This document shows positions 63,332 to 64,000 of a stretch of 64,000 nucleotides of DNA, in pieces (position 1 is the stretch's first letter; every line of letters starts with the position of its first letter). The translations under genes were made by a program, and so were the position numbers. Where the stretch lies: contig CM052816.1 of assembly GCA_028534125.1 (NCBI GenBank), forward strand, positions 95,792,001 through 95,856,000. Direction: 5' to 3'. Source of the DNA: Lama glama (Eukaryota). The notes beneath the pieces were generated by a model. That model worked only from the letters and a program-made list of their open reading frames with translations. It was not told the DNA's origin and did no database searches.

Positions 63332-64000
63332 TTTTCTTTTTAAACAGCTTTTTGAGATATAATTGATACACAAAAAGCTGCACATATTTACTGTGTACAA
63401 TTTTATGAGTCTGGACATAAGCACACACCATGAAACCATCACCGTAATCAAGGTAACAGGCACATCCATCACCTCCAAGAGTTTCCTGGTGCCTCCCTGG
63501 CCCTTTTTTGGTGGTAAGAACATTTAACATGAGACCTGTCCTCTTAACAAAAATGTTAAGTCTACAATCCGGTGTTTGTTAACCATAGGTGCTGTGTTAT
63601 ACACTAGAGCTCTAGAAATTCGTCATGTTGCATTCCTGAAAGTTTATATCCAAAACACAAACTCCCCGTGCCCCGCTCCTCCCAGCCCTTGGCAACTACC
63701 ATTCTACTCTCTGCCTTTCTGAGTTGGGTTATTTCAGTTGCCTCATGTGAGTGGAATCCTGGACCATTTTCCTTTTGTGTCTGGCTTACTTCACTTAGCA
63801 TCATGTCCTCCAGGTTTATCCATGTTGCCGAATATCACAGGATTTCCTTCTTTTAAAATACTCAGTAATATTCCATTGTAAGCATATATTCTTTATCTAC
63901 TCTCTTTATCCATTTGTGCATGAAGGACATTTGGGTTGTCTCCGTATCTTGGCTACTGTGAATAACGCTGCAGTGAACATAGGAATGCAGATCTCTCTGA
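63332..64000 (-). mobile_element. L1MB/L1MA-type 3' end, continuing beyond the window
   Basis: ttttttgagatataattgatacac...catgaaaccatcacc...cccagcccttggcaactaccattctactctctg...ctggcttacttcacttagcatcatgtcctccaggtttatccatgttg. Confidence 0.95.

Noticed and set aside
1..64000. A novel multi-gene system, operon, CRISPR array or host protein-coding gene
   Set aside because: This is repeat-rich mammalian DNA. There are no regularly spaced direct repeats, and the listed ORFs are short, often start at non-ATG codons, overlap repeats and resemble no protein I recognise apart from L1 ORF2.

Overview
Mammalian non-coding DNA, almost certainly from a camelid (alpaca, llama or camel). The evidence is a tRNA-Ala-derived SINE resembling camelid vic-1, cetartiodactyl-type L1 3' ends, and no recognisable Alu, Bov-tA/BovB or PRE-1 elements. 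I find no host protein-coding gene; the only ORF with real protein similarity is an L1 ORF2 fragment (4094-4872). Much of the window is interspersed repeat (L1, L2, MIR, MaLR/ERVL LTRs, a ~5.5 kb decayed ERV1-class internal region, hAT and TcMar fossils), and there is a 500-N gap at 3572-4071. Repeat subfamily names come from my recall of consensus sequences and boundaries are approximate. I see no evidence for a new multi-component biological system. The most notable observations are three 5'-inverted (twin-primed) L1 insertions (one possibly with a 3' transduction), a degenerate telomere-like hexamer tract inside an MLT2 LTR, an E-box/homeodomain-rich candidate enhancer at 24.3-25.75 kb, several orphan CpG-rich patches and one candidate non-coding exon.
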